Shown piece after piece: positions 48,577-59,110 of a DNA stretch of 61,919 bases. The translations under genes were made by a program, and so were the position numbers. The stretch comes from Gemmatimonadota bacterium. GTDB lineage: Bacteria > Gemmatimonadota > Gemmatimonadetes > Gemmatimonadales > GWC2-71-9. The DNA is taken from positions 1-61,919 of the forward strand of contig QHTZ01000070.1 of the NCBI GenBank assembly GCA_003221005.1, in the 5' to 3' direction. The notes beneath the pieces were generated by a model, which worked only from the letters and a program-made list of their open reading frames with translations, searched no databases and had not been told where the DNA came from. Position 1 is the stretch's first letter. Each line of letters opens with the position of its first letter.

Positions 48577-49649
48577 CCACACCCACCGTTCGCGCTTTCT
48601 ACGATAGCGACGCTGATCGCCGCCGGCTGAACGGCCGCGTCATTGCGGTCATCGGATACGGCAGCCAGGGCCACGCCCATGCGCTCAACCTGAAGGAGAG
48701 CGGGGCGAAGGTCATGGTGGGCCTGCGACCGGACGGCGCCTCCTGGCAGCGGGCCGTCGCGGCCGGGCTCGACGTACGCCCCATGGCCGAGGCCGCGGCG
48801 GCCGCCGACATCATCATGATGCTCGTGCCCGACCAGGAAGCGCGTGCCTTGTACGAGTCGGCAGTGGCCCCGGCGTTGCGGCCCGGGAAGACGCTCATGT
48901 TCGCCCACGGCTTCAACGTGCACTTTAAAGAGATCGTGCCGCCGGCCGGGGTCGACGTCTCGATGATCGCCCCCAAGTCGCCGGGGCACCTGGTGCGGAG
49001 CGAGTACGAGGCGGGGCGGGGCGTGCCTGCGCTCGTCGCGGTGCATCGCGACGCGAGCGGTCACGCACTTGAGGATGCGCTCGCCTACGCGGCCGGGATC
49101 GGCTGCACCCGCGCGGGCGTGCTCGAGACCACGTTTCGCGAGGAGACCGAGACGGATCTGTTCGGCGAGCAGGCTGTGCTGTGCGGCGGGGTGACCGCGC
49201 TCATCAAGGCGGGCTTCGACACGCTCGTCGATGCCGGGTATTCCCCCGAGCTCGCCTATTTCGAGTGCCTGCACGAGCTGAAGCTGATCGTGGACCTTAT
49301 GTACCGGGGCGGGATGAAGTTCATGCGCTACTCGATCAGCGACACCGCGGAATACGGCGACTACACGCGCGGCCCCCGGATCATCACCGACGAAGTTCGC
49401 GAGGAGATGGTGCAGATCCTCGCCGAGATCCAGAGCGGCAGTTTCGCCCGCGAGTGGATCCGCGAGAGCCGCGAAGGGAGCAAGCGCTTCCAGGCGCTGC
49501 GCAAGAGTGAAAACGAGCATCTGGTGGAGCGCGTGGGCGCGAAGCTCCGCGCCATGATGCCCTGGTCGGAGGAGGGTAAGGCGCGGGCGGCCGGCAAGGG
49601 TGCCGAGACGGATCGACCCGCCCCCGCCACCACCACCGCCGCGCGATGA
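48573..49649 (+). CDS. ilvC: Ketol-acid reductoisomerase
   Basis: [41 protein letters not shown]. Confidence 0.97.
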   Translation: MTTPTVRAFYDSDADRRRLNGRVIAVIGYGSQGHAHALNLKESGAKVMVGLRPDGASWQRAVAAGLDVRPMAEAAAAADIIMMLVPDQEARALYESAVAPALRPGKTLMFAHGFNVHFKEIVPPAGVDVSMIAPKSPGHLVRSEYEAGRGVPALVAVHRDASGHALEDALAYAAGIGCTRAGVLETTFREETETDLFGEQAVLCGGVTALIKAGFDTLVDAGYSPELAYFECLHELKLIVDLMYRGGMKFMRYSISDTAEYGDYTRGPRIITDEVREEMVQILAEIQSGSFAREWIRESREGSKRFQALRKSENEHLVERVGAKLRAMMPWSEEGKARAAGKGAETDRPAPATTTAAR

Positions 49650-51130
49650 CCCCGCGGACGCTGTTCGAAAAGGTGTGGGACGCCCACAGCGTGCACCGGC
49701 TGCCGGAAGGGCCGGTGCTCTTGTACGTGGATCTCCATCTGGTGCATGAGGTCACCTCGCCCCAGGCATTCGGCGGGCTGCGCCGGGCGACGCGCCGCGT
49801 GCGGCGGCCCGACCTCACGCTCGCCACGGTGGATCACAACGTCCCCACGGGCGACCGAGCGCTGCCGATCGACGACCCGGTGTCGGCGCGCCAGCTCGAC
49901 GCGCTGTCCGCCAACGCGGGCGAGTTCGGGATCGAGCTGTTCGATCTCCGCTCGCCGAACCAGGGCATCGTGCACGTGATCGGGCCCGAGCTCGGCGCCA
50001 CGCAGCCGGGCATGGTGATCGTATGCGGCGACTCGCACACGTCGACGCACGGTGCGTTCGGCGCCCTCGCCTTCGGAATCGGGACGAGCGAGGTCGAGCA
50101 CGTCCTCGCGACGCAGTGCCTGGTGATGTCGCAGCCACGGACCTTCGAGGCGCACTTCACCGGCCGCCTGGCGCCCGGCGTGACCGCGAAAGACCTCATC
50201 CTCGGCTTCATCGGACGCATCGGTACCGCGGGCGCGACGGGGCACGTGATCGAGTACACTGGTGACGTGATCCGCGCCTTCTCGATGGAAGAGCGGATGA
50301 CCGTGTGCAACATGTCGATCGAGGCGGGGGCCCGCGCCGGGATGATCGCGCCCGACGAGACCACGTTCACCTACCTCGCCGGTCGGCCGCGCGCTCCCGC
50401 GGGCGCGGCATGGACGCGCGCCGTCGAGACGTGGCGCCAGCTGCGCAGCGACCCCGGTGCCGTATACGACACCCGCGTGAGCATCGACGCCTCGACCCTC
50501 GCGCCGCAGGTCACCTGGGGCACGAGCCCGGGCATGGTCACCGACGTCAGCGGCCGGGTGCCCGACCTCGCCCAGTTCCAGACTGACGCCGAGCGGAGCG
50601 CGGTGCGCCGCGCGCTCGCCTACATGGATCTCGCGCCCGGCACGCCGCTCGCGGGGCTGCGCATCGACCGGGTGTTCCTGGGGTCGTGCACCAACGCGCG
50701 GATCGAGGATCTCCGCGCCGCGGCGCGGGTGCTGCGGGGGAAGCGCGTCGCCCCCACCGTGCACGCGATGGTGGTCCCGGGGTCGCAGCAGGTGAAGGTG
50801 CAGGCGGAGCACGAGGGGCTCGACCGCCTGTTCCGTGAAGCGGGGTTCGAATGGCGGAACGCGGGGTGCTCGATGTGCCTCGGCATGAACGCCGATATCC
50901 TGCGGAGCGGCGAGCGCTGCGCGTCCACGTCCAACCGCAACTTCGAAGGTCGTCAGGGCCGCGGCGGGCGCACCCATCTCATGAGCCCGGCGATGGCCGC
51001 GGCGGCGGCGGTCGCAGGGTGCATCGTGGACGTGCGGGAGTGGGACCTTGCTGCCGTGCCCCCGCTCGAGCCTCACCCCCTCGCTCCCCCTCTCCACGTT
51101 GTGGAGAGGGGGAAGGGGGGTGAGGTCTGA
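49646..51130 (+). CDS. leuC: 3-isopropylmalate dehydratase large subunit
   Basis: [35 protein letters not shown]. Confidence 0.97.
   Translation: MTPRTLFEKVWDAHSVHRLPEGPVLLYVDLHLVHEVTSPQAFGGLRRATRRVRRPDLTLATVDHNVPTGDRALPIDDPVSARQLDALSANAGEFGIELFDLRSPNQGIVHVIGPELGATQPGMVIVCGDSHTSTHGAFGALAFGIGTSEVEHVLATQCLVMSQPRTFEAHFTGRLAPGVTAKDLILGFIGRIGTAGATGHVIEYTGDVIRAFSMEERMTVCNMSIEAGARAGMIAPDETTFTYLAGRPRAPAGAAWTRAVETWRQLRSDPGAVYDTRVSIDASTLAPQVTWGTSPGMVTDVSGRVPDLAQFQTDAERSAVRRALAYMDLAPGTPLAGLRIDRVFLGSCTNARIEDLRAAARVLRGKRVAPTVHAMVVPGSQQVKVQAEHEGLDRLFREAGFEWRNAGCSMCLGMNADILRSGERCASTSNRNFEGRQGRGGRTHLMSPAMAAAAAVAGCIVDVREWDLAAVPPLEPHPLAPPLHVVERGKGGEV
51071..51125. repeat. REP-like palindrome in the 3' end of leuC
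   Basis: CCTCACCCCC..CCCCCTCTCCAC-gtt-GTGGAGAGGGGG..GGGGGTGAGG. Confidence 0.8.
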
Positions 51131-51744
51131 TGGAGCCGTTCGTCCGCCACAGCGGCAAGGCCGTCGCCCTGCCGCGCGACAACGTCGACACGGATCAGAT
51201 CATCCCCAAGCAGTTCCTCAAGGGGGTGGAGCGCACCGGCCTCGGCCCGGCGCTGTTCTACGACTGGCGCTATGGCCCCGATGGCACGCCGAACCCCGAC
51301 TTCGAGCTCAACCGGAGCTCCGCGCAGGGCGCGAGCATTCTGATCACCGGCGCCAATTTCGGCTGCGGCTCCTCGCGCGAGCACGCGGCCTGGGCGCTCG
51401 AGGACGCCGGGTTCCGCGCGATCCTGGCGCCCTCGTTCGCGGACATCTTCTTCGCGAACTGCTGCCAGAACGGGTTGCTCCCCGTCCGCCTGCTGCCGCA
51501 GGAGATCGACGAGCTGTTCCGTCGCGTGCAGGCGGCGGGCGGCGATTACGCGTTGACGATCGACCTCGAGGCGCAGGGTGTGGAAGACGGGCACGGCTTT
51601 CGCACCCAATTCGGCATTGATTCCTACCGTCGCGAGATGCTGCTCCGCGGTCTCGACGAGATCGGGCGTACCCTGCTCGAGGAATCCCGCATCGCCGCGT
51701 TCGAGCGCCGCCGCGCCATAGGGACCGCCGGGCCCGTCGCGTGA
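51130..51744 (+). CDS. leuD: 3-isopropylmalate dehydratase small subunit
   Basis: NVDTDQIIPKQFL, NFGCGSSREHA, SFADIF, GLDEI. Confidence 0.97.
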   Translation: MEPFVRHSGKAVALPRDNVDTDQIIPKQFLKGVERTGLGPALFYDWRYGPDGTPNPDFELNRSSAQGASILITGANFGCGSSREHAAWALEDAGFRAILAPSFADIFFANCCQNGLLPVRLLPQEIDELFRRVQAAGGDYALTIDLEAQGVEDGHGFRTQFGIDSYRREMLLRGLDEIGRTLLEESRIAAFERRRAIGTAGPVA

Positions 51745-52856
51745 CGCAGTTCACGATCGCGGTCCTGCCCGGTGACGGCATCGGGCCCGAGGTGACCGCG
51801 GAGGCCGAGCGTGTCCTGCGCGCGGCCGCGGACCGTTTCGGGATCGGGCTTGCCCTGCCGCACTACCCGGTCGGCGCCGGGGCGGTGACCGCCGCGGGGA
51901 GTCCGCTCCCCGCCGACACGCGCGCCGCGGTCATCAAGGCCGACGCCGTGCTGCTCGGCGCCGTCGGCGACCCGGCGCTCGACAGCGCGCCGCGCGAGCT
52001 CAAGCCCGAGACCGGGCTCCTCGCGCTGCGCTCGCTCCTGGGCGTCTACGCGAACCTCCGCCCGGTTTCGATCCACCCCGCGCTCGCCGGTCACTCCCCC
52101 CTCCGCCCCGACCGCTTGCACGGCGTCGACCTGCTCATCGTGCGGGAGCTCACCGGCGGACTGTACTACGGCGAGCCGCGCGGGAAGAACGCGGTCGTGG
52201 CGGTGAACACGCTCAGGTATTCGGTCGCGGAGATCGAGCGCGTAGCGCGCGTGGGGTTCGAGTCGGCCCGCCGCCGCCGGCGGATGCTCACCTCCGTAGA
52301 CAAGGCCAACGTCCTCGAGGTGTCGCAGCTGTGGCGCGAGACCGTCACACGCGTGGGACGCGAGTTTCCGGATGTCCGCCTGGAGCACCTGTACGTGGAC
52401 TACGCGGCGATGCGACTCGTGGCCGAGCCCGCGGCGCTGGATGTGGTTCTCACCGAGAACATGTTCGGCGACATCCTGAGCGACGAAGCGGCGGTGCTGG
52501 TGGGATCCCTGGGGATGCTGCCCTCGGCGTCGCTCGGCGCGGGGCCTGGGTTATTCGAGCCGATCCACGGCTCCGCGCCGGGGATCGCCGGGCAGGGGAT
52601 CGCGAACCCGATCGGCGCGATCGCGTCCGTGGCGATGCTGCTGCGCTACGGACTGAAGCTGGCGGAGCCGGCGGATGCCGTGGAGGCCGCGATCCGAGCG
52701 GTGCTGGACGCAGGGGGCCGCACCAAGGACATCGCGGGGCCGGGGGAACCGGCGCTCGGGACGCAGGAGATGGGGGAGCGGATCGCGAAGGTCGTGCGCT
52801 CGACACCGCTGGCGCGTTCCCGCTCTCCGCGTCGCGGAGAGGGGGTCAGGGGGTGA
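51741..52856 (+). CDS. leuB: 3-isopropylmalate dehydrogenase
   Basis: PGDGIGPE, RELTGGLY, VDKANV, NMFGDILSDE, EPIHGSAP. Confidence 0.97.
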   Translation: MTQFTIAVLPGDGIGPEVTAEAERVLRAAADRFGIGLALPHYPVGAGAVTAAGSPLPADTRAAVIKADAVLLGAVGDPALDSAPRELKPETGLLALRSLLGVYANLRPVSIHPALAGHSPLRPDRLHGVDLLIVRELTGGLYYGEPRGKNAVVAVNTLRYSVAEIERVARVGFESARRRRRMLTSVDKANVLEVSQLWRETVTRVGREFPDVRLEHLYVDYAAMRLVAEPAALDVVLTENMFGDILSDEAAVLVGSLGMLPSASLGAGPGLFEPIHGSAPGIAGQGIANPIGAIASVAMLLRYGLKLAEPADAVEAAIRAVLDAGGRTKDIAGPGEPALGTQEMGERIAKVVRSTPLARSRSPRRGEGVRG

Positions 52857-52890
52857 GGCCTAGTCGCGGAGAGGAGGTCAGGGGGTGAGG
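52819..52890. repeat. Partial and duplicated copies of the same REP-like element between leuB and ilvD
   Basis: GTCGCGGAGAGG(G/A)GGTCAGGGGGTGAGG at 52831-52858 and 52863-52890; related to 51071-51125. Confidence 0.75.
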
Positions 52891-54557
52891 TCCGTGACCG
52901 CGCCGAGGCTCGCGCTCGAAACCAGCTTCGCGTACTTCGCGAGCACCCCCGAGGTGTAGCGCGGCGCGGGCGGCTTCCATCGCCCCCGCCGGCGGGCGAG
53001 TTCCGTGTCGCTCACGTCGAGCTGCAGCACCCGCCGCTCGGCATCGATCGTGATAGGGTCGCCCTCCTGTACAAGCGCAAGCGTTCCACCCACCGCCGCC
53101 TCGGGCGCCACGTGGCCGACCACCAGGCCGTACGTCCCCCCCGAAAACCTGCCATCCGTGATGAGGCCGACTGAATCGCCCAACCCCGCGCCGACGATCG
53201 CCGATGTGGGCGACAGCATCTCGCGCATGCCAGGCCCGCCCTTTGGGCCCTCGTAGCGGATCACCACCACGTCGCCCGCCTTGATCCGGCCCGCGAGGAT
53301 CGCCTCGAGGCATGCTTCCTCGGAGTCGAACACGCGCGCCGGCCCGCTCATGCGGAGCCGCTTCGCGCCGCTGATCTTCGCCACGCCCCCCTCGGTCGCC
53401 AGGTTGCCGCGCAGCACCGTGATGTGGCCTTGCGCATACACCGGCCGGTCCCAGGGGCGAATCACGTCCTGGTCCCTGCGTGGCTCTCCCGGGACGTCGC
53501 GGAGGACGTCCGCGATCGTTTGGCCGGTGACCGAGAGGGCGTCGCCGTGCAACGCGCCATGCGCCAGCAGCACCTTCATGACCTGCGGGATCCCGCCGGA
53601 GCGATGCAGGTCCGTGGCTACGAAACGCCCCGAGGGCTTCAGGTCGCACAGCACGGGGACGCGGGGCCGCAGCGCCTCGAAGTCGTCCAGGGTGAGGGAC
53701 ACGCCGGCCGCGCGCGCGATCGCGAGCAGGTGCAGCACGGCGTTGGTCGAGCCGCCGATGGCCATGGCGACGGCGATGGCGTTCTCGAACGCCTTACGGG
53801 TGAGGATCTGTCGCGGCCGCAGGTCGCGGCGTACCGCGTCCACGAGCACCTGCGCCGAGCGCGCCGCGCTCTCGGCCTTCTCGGCGTCCTCGGCGGCCAT
53901 CGTGGACGAGTAGGGGAGGCTCATCCCCATCGCCTCGAAGATCGACGACATGGTGTTCGCGGTGAACATCCCGCCGCACGACCCGGCCCCGGGGCACGCC
54001 CGGCGCTCCACCTCGAGCAGCTCCGCGTCGCCGATCTTGTGGGCGCTGTGCTCCCCCACGGCTTCGAATACGCTGACGACCGTCAGATCGCGCCCGTCGT
54101 AATGGCCGGGCTTGATCGTGCCGCCGTACACGAAGACGGCGGGGATGTTCATGCGCGCGATCGCGATCATCGCGCCCGGCATGTTCTTGTCGCATCCTCC
54201 CACCGCGAGCAGGCCATCCATGCATTGGGCGTTGCAGGCGGTCTCGATCGAGTCGGCGATCACTTCGCGCGACACGAGCGAGTACTTCATCCCCACCGTC
54301 CCCATCGAGATCCCGTCGCTCACCGTGATCGTGCCGAACATCTGCGGCATCACGCCCGCGGCCTTGAGCGCCGCCTCGGCGCGGTGGGCCAGCCCGTCGA
54401 GCCCCAGGTTGCAGGGCGTGATGGTGCTGTAGGCGTTGGCGATGCCGACGATCGGCTTGTCGAAGTCCCGGTCGCCGAATCCCACGGCCCGCAGCATCGC
54501 CCGGTTCGGGGAGCGCTGTATTCCCTGCGTGATGAGGCGGCTGCGCAGCTCCGTCAT
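52878..54557 (-). CDS. ilvD: Dihydroxy-acid dehydratase
   Basis: [44 protein letters not shown]. Confidence 0.97.
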   Translation of the reverse strand: MTELRSRLITQGIQRSPNRAMLRAVGFGDRDFDKPIVGIANAYSTITPCNLGLDGLAHRAEAALKAAGVMPQMFGTITVSDGISMGTVGMKYSLVSREVIADSIETACNAQCMDGLLAVGGCDKNMPGAMIAIARMNIPAVFVYGGTIKPGHYDGRDLTVVSVFEAVGEHSAHKIGDAELLEVERRACPGAGSCGGMFTANTMSSIFEAMGMSLPYSSTMAAEDAEKAESAARSAQVLVDAVRRDLRPRQILTRKAFENAIAVAMAIGGSTNAVLHLLAIARAAGVSLTLDDFEALRPRVPVLCDLKPSGRFVATDLHRSGGIPQVMKVLLAHGALHGDALSVTGQTIADVLRDVPGEPRRDQDVIRPWDRPVYAQGHITVLRGNLATEGGVAKISGAKRLRMSGPARVFDSEEACLEAILAGRIKAGDVVVIRYEGPKGGPGMREMLSPTSAIVGAGLGDSVGLITDGRFSGGTYGLVVGHVAPEAAVGGTLALVQEGDPITIDAERRVLQLDVSDTELARRRGRWKPPAPRYTSGVLAKYAKLVSSASLGAVTDLTP

Positions 54558-54567
54558 GCGGTCGGCC

Positions 54568-55764
54568 CTATTTCAGCAGCATGTCGTGGGGGCGCGCTTC
54601 TCCCGTGGCGAAGTGCTCGAAGTCGACGTCGAACTTGGGATCGAGCGACATGCCGCCGGGCCCCACGTTGATCAGCCGCACGCGGTACGGCACCTTGCCG
54701 TCGAGGTTCGAGAGCAGGGAGTTGCTGATGTAGAGCCGGCGATTGTCCGGGGTCAGCTTCATCATCTGCGCCTGCGGCACCTGGACCGTGCTCACCAGGG
54801 TGGGCTTGGCCGGGTTGGAGATGTCGTACTGCTGCACCGCGCCCGCGCCGAACAGTGAGACGAACAGGAACTTGTTGTCGTACGAGATCCGCATGTCCGC
54901 GGGGATCGAGCCGTCGGCGAGCTGGAGCACGCGGCTGAACGCGAGCTTGCCCTCCTTCACCTCCCAGTACCACACGCTGTTGCCGAACGCGCAGTTGATG
55001 AAACCGCCGCGCGCGGCAGGCCCGTGCAGCCAGCGGACCTCGAGCGGCGCTTTGTCGAGGTGTGCTTCTTGGAGAACCTTTCCCGTTGTGAAGTCCCAGC
55101 CTACGACCTCGTCGCCCACCTGATCCATCGGCGCCGGCCCCTTCATGATGCTGTGGGGATGCGCCCAGCTCGACGTGACCATGCGATTCACCTCGGGCTT
55201 CACACCCACGTCGTACATGTACTCCGGGGCGGGCATCGCCTGCAGGAAGTTGCCGTCGTTATCGAGCTTGACGACCGCGCCCGGGGCGCCGCCGTCCTTG
55301 CCGCCGAGCATTGCCACCATCACGCCGCCGGGGACGGCGTAGAACGTGTGCGGGCCCGAATAGCCGGTCGTTGCGGCGAGGTCGGGGACGGTGCGGGTGA
55401 GCCGCGGGTGCCGCGGATCGGTCTTCACGTCGTAGATGAAGAGGCGGTTCGAGAACAGACCGCCCGCGAAGATGCGGCCGGCGTCCGCCGTGTAGCCGAA
55501 GTGGTGCGCCTCGTTGGCCGTCGAGCCCGTGGGAGCGGTCGCGATCACGGTCGCGTAGGTCGGCGACTTGGGATCGGCATCGATCACCGCGAGAAAGTCA
55601 GGATCCTTCCCGTCGGCGTCGCTCGTCCATACGTAGAGCAGTGACTCGTGCTGGTCCGGGCGCAGGTTCTGCACGAACACCGATTCATCGGATGAGCCCG
55701 CGGGGACCGGGGCGGCGGTCCAGAACGGGATCGCGGCGAGCAAGACTGCGACGCTGGCTTTCAT
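54568..55764 (-). CDS. Secreted SBP56 / methanethiol-oxidase-like beta-propeller protein
   Basis: Signal peptide; DFLAVID.DP.SPTY..VI, NEAHHFG, GPHT, PLEVR, QM..L..D.RRLY.SNSL, FDVDF, RPHD. Confidence 0.8.
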   Translation of the reverse strand: MKASVAVLLAAIPFWTAAPVPAGSSDESVFVQNLRPDQHESLLYVWTSDADGKDPDFLAVIDADPKSPTYATVIATAPTGSTANEAHHFGYTADAGRIFAGGLFSNRLFIYDVKTDPRHPRLTRTVPDLAATTGYSGPHTFYAVPGGVMVAMLGGKDGGAPGAVVKLDNDGNFLQAMPAPEYMYDVGVKPEVNRMVTSSWAHPHSIMKGPAPMDQVGDEVVGWDFTTGKVLQEAHLDKAPLEVRWLHGPAARGGFINCAFGNSVWYWEVKEGKLAFSRVLQLADGSIPADMRISYDNKFLFVSLFGAGAVQQYDISNPAKPTLVSTVQVPQAQMMKLTPDNRRLYISNSLLSNLDGKVPYRVRLINVGPGGMSLDPKFDVDFEHFATGEARPHDMLLK

Positions 55765-55885
55765 GGGGAAACCTCAGGTCAAGGGTGGCGTGGAGGCAAC
55801 GTCGCGTGGGGCGCCGCCTGGGTCAAGTGTGCGCGCCGCGGCTCCTAGCCGATCCCGCATCGGCGCGCTAAAATCGCCGAGCCTC

Positions 55886-58582
55886 ATGCCCTCGCTCCGA
55901 CGCGCGACGACGCTCAGCGCGGCCGCCTTTCTGGCGGCGGCTGCGCTCCCCGCGCAGCAGCCCGCCACGGCGGACACGGCGGCGCCGCGGGATTCGCTTA
56001 CGCGCTTCCTCGACGCCTTCACCTATCGCAACCTCGGCCCCGCGGCGTACAGCGGTCGCGTGACCGCGCTCGCCGTGGCCGGGCCGCCGAGCGTTGCACC
56101 CAAGACCATCTACGTGGGCGCCGCGGGCGGCGGGATCTGGAAGACCTCGAACGGCGGCATCACCTGGCAGGCGATCTCGGAGGGCCTCGGCGTCCAGACG
56201 ATCGGCGACCTCGCCGTCGCGCCGTCCGATACCAACGTCGTCTGGGCTGGGACGGGCGAGCGGAACAGCCTTCGCTCGCAGTGGTGGGGCGATGGCGTGT
56301 ACAAGTCCACGGATGGCGGCAAGAAGTGGACAAACATGGGCCTCGGCGACTCCCGCGCCATCGGCCGGATCGTCATCCATCCCACGAATCCCGACATCGT
56401 CTACGTCGCTGCGCTCGGCCACCTGTGGGGACCCAATCGAGATCGGGGCGTCTACCAGACGACGGACGGCGGCAAGACGTGGCGCAAGATCCTCTTCGTC
56501 GACGACACGACGGGGTTCGTGGACCTGGCGATGGATCCCTCGAACCCCGCGGTGCTGTACGCGGCCGCCTGGCACCGGCTGCGGTGGGGTGGCCCGTACA
56601 TGCAGGGCGTGGGCGCGGGGAGCGGGATCTACAAGACCACGGACGGCGGCAAGACGTGGAAGAAACTCACGGATGCGGGGCTCAAGAATGGCCTCCCGTC
56701 GGATCGCATGGGGCGCATCGGGCTCGCCATCTCGACGCGCGATCCCAAGATCGTCTACGCCATGATCCAGGTGGACCGCGGCGTCACCGATCCCGCGCAG
56801 GGCCGCTTCGGCGGCGTGTTCCGCTCCGACGACGCCGGCGCGACCTGGACGCAGGTGAACGACCTGCAGGCAGTGCCGCACTATTACTACGACGAGATCC
56901 GGGTGGATCCCACGAACTCGGACCACGTGTTCGTGGCGGCGTCGCCGCTGCTCGAGAGCAAGGACGGCGGCAAGAGCTTCGCGCGCGACTCACTCCCCCG
57001 GGTGCACGTGGACAACCACGCGCTGTGGATCAACCCCGCGGACCCCGCCCACCTGATCCTCGGCAACGACGGCGGCGTCTACGTGACGCGCGACGGCGGG
57101 AAGGCGTGGGAGCACATGACGCTCCCCCTCGGTCAGTTCTACACCGTGATCGTGGACAGCTCGGTGACGCCCTACCAGGTGTGCGGCGGGTTGCAGGACA
57201 ACGGGGTATGGTGCGGTCCGAGCCGCACGCGCGACACCGTCGGGATCACTGATGCCGACTGGTACCCGGTGAACGGCGGGGACGGGATGTGGGTCCAGAT
57301 TCCGCCGCACGACCCCTTCACGATCTACTCAGGCTGGCAGTACGGGCACGTCTCGCGGTTCGACCTGCGCAGCTGGAAGCGCGACGAGATCACGCCCCTG
57401 GCGCTCGATGCGGGGCGGGACTCGGGCTACCCCTTCACGTGGGGTTGGACGACGCCGCTGCTGCTCTCGTCGCACGATTCGACTGTGCTGTATGTCGGGG
57501 CGAACCACCTGATCCGAACGCGGCACCGCGGCGAGGACTGGGAAGTCCTGGGACCGGACATGACGCGGGCGAACCGCGAGCATCCGGCGCCCGAGACCGG
57601 CCACACGAGCTACCACGCCGTGTTCGCGATCGCGGAAAGCCCACTCTCGGGGGACGTGCTCTGGACAGGCTCCGACGACGGGCTCGTGTGGCTGACGCGG
57701 GACGGGGGAAAGACCTGGGCGAACCTCACCGCGAACTTCGCCAAGGACGCGCCTACGGAATGCTGGGTCGGTGCGATCGCGGCGTCGTTCCACGCGCCCG
57801 GCACTGCATTTGTGACGTTCGACTGTCACTTTCGCGACGACTACCGGCCGCACGTGTACCGCACCGACGACTTCGGGAGAACCTGGATCGCGATCGATCA
57901 GGGGCTGCCGCCCGCGGCGGGGAGTCTCACGATCTTCGCCGATCCAGTGAATCCCCGGCTGCTGTGGCTGGGTACGGCTACGGGAGTGCAGGTGACCGTG
58001 GACGGCGGCAAGCGGTGGCGCCGCTTCGGAAAGGGCCTGCCGCCCGTGCCGGTCGAGTGCCTCGCGCTCGCCTTCCGCGCCCGGGAGCTGGTCCTCGCGA
58101 CGCACGGGCGTGGCATATGGGTGGCGCCGATCGGTCCGCTCGAGGAGCTGTCGGACACGTTGCTCGCGGAGCCGGCCCATCTCTTCCAGGTGCCCACGGC
58201 GTACCAGTACCGGCGCAGCGACACGTATCCGGAGTTCGGGAGCCGACCGTTCGTCTCCCCCAATCCCGCCAAGGGGGCCCTGATCAACTACTACTTGCGA
58301 GAGGCGCAGTCCGAGGCGGTGAAGCTCCTCGTCACGACGGTCGCGGGGGACAGCGTGAAGCAGCTCACAGGCCCCGGGTACGCGGGACTCCAGCGAGTGA
58401 CGTGGGACTTGTCGCGCGACCGGGCGCGGCCGCGCGAGAAGGGCGGGCCGACCGATCAGGCGGAGCTGAAGCAAGTGCTCCCCGGCGAATACGTGGTCCA
58501 CCTGACGGTGGGGAAGGCCAAGCTCGAACGCCGGATCGTGGTCGAGGACTGGCCGGCCGATCGGCTGGGGCGCATTCGCTAG
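55886..58582 (+). CDS. Secreted BNR/Asp-box (VPS10/sialidase-like) beta-propeller protein
   Basis: Many (S/T)xDGGxTW Asp-boxes, GPAAYSGR, VHVDNH, GNDGG, GGLQDNG, ATHGRG; signal peptide from ATG 55886. Confidence 0.85.
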   Translation: MPSLRRATTLSAAAFLAAAALPAQQPATADTAAPRDSLTRFLDAFTYRNLGPAAYSGRVTALAVAGPPSVAPKTIYVGAAGGGIWKTSNGGITWQAISEGLGVQTIGDLAVAPSDTNVVWAGTGERNSLRSQWWGDGVYKSTDGGKKWTNMGLGDSRAIGRIVIHPTNPDIVYVAALGHLWGPNRDRGVYQTTDGGKTWRKILFVDDTTGFVDLAMDPSNPAVLYAAAWHRLRWGGPYMQGVGAGSGIYKTTDGGKTWKKLTDAGLKNGLPSDRMGRIGLAISTRDPKIVYAMIQVDRGVTDPAQGRFGGVFRSDDAGATWTQVNDLQAVPHYYYDEIRVDPTNSDHVFVAASPLLESKDGGKSFARDSLPRVHVDNHALWINPADPAHLILGNDGGVYVTRDGGKAWEHMTLPLGQFYTVIVDSSVTPYQVCGGLQDNGVWCGPSRTRDTVGITDADWYPVNGGDGMWVQIPPHDPFTIYSGWQYGHVSRFDLRSWKRDEITPLALDAGRDSGYPFTWGWTTPLLLSSHDSTVLYVGANHLIRTRHRGEDWEVLGPDMTRANREHPAPETGHTSYHAVFAIAESPLSGDVLWTGSDDGLVWLTRDGGKTWANLTANFAKDAPTECWVGAIAASFHAPGTAFVTFDCHFRDDYRPHVYRTDDFGRTWIAIDQGLPPAAGSLTIFADPVNPRLLWLGTATGVQVTVDGGKRWRRFGKGLPPVPVECLALAFRARELVLATHGRGIWVAPIGPLEELSDTLLAEPAHLFQVPTAYQYRRSDTYPEFGSRPFVSPNPAKGALINYYLREAQSEAVKLLVTTVAGDSVKQLTGPGYAGLQRVTWDLSRDRARPREKGGPTDQAELKQVLPGEYVVHLTVGKAKLERRIVVEDWPADRLGRIR

Positions 58583-58641
58583 GAGTGACCTCGCTCCCGG
58601 CGATCTTCAGGACGTGAACCTTCATCTCGTGGTGGTGTAGC

Positions 58642-58998
58642 ATGGCGCCGATGCTGCGGCACTCTCGGCTCACCCGCGCGCTGTGGCTCGCCTGCGCCCT
58701 GATGCAGCTCTCGCTGCCGGGGGCGGCAGCGTGGGCCGACGCGCTCACGGATGTGACACCGGTCGGTCCGGGGTCGACGCATTTCGAGTCCCAGACGACC
58801 GGCTCGTGTCCGCGACTCCATCCGCCGGACTGCGCCCTCTGCCATTTCCTCACCGCTCCGCGGACCACCGCCGAGCGCGTCTCATTCGCCCTTGACTTCA
58901 CCGCCGGTCGCGCCTGGCACCCAGCCGCTCGAGCAATCGCCAATAGCGCCAGCCGGCTGTCGCATCCCCAACCCAGAGCACCGCCGCTTCTCTCCTAG
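58642..58998 (+). CDS. DUF2946/CruR-like uORF with CxxC and C-terminal RAPP motif (alternative start 58651)
   Basis: N-terminal hydrophobic segment, HPPDCALC, terminal PQPRAPP; directly upstream of a TonB receptor. Confidence 0.75.
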   Translation: MAPMLRHSRLTRALWLACALMQLSLPGAAAWADALTDVTPVGPGSTHFESQTTGSCPRLHPPDCALCHFLTAPRTTAERVSFALDFTAGRAWHPAARAIANSASRLSHPQPRAPPLLS

Positions 58999-59110
58999 CA
59001 TCCCGCGCCTCTGCGGGAGCCGCTCCAGACCACTGATCCGCCGCGTCACCGGGCTCGAGTCGAGCCGGGGTCGCGGCCGACCGTACACGGCTCAGTTCAG
59101 GAGAGATCGC

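Noticed and set aside
54568-55764. Selenoprotein or TGA recoding suggested by the SBP56 family name
   Set aside because: No in-frame TGA; gene ends in TAG
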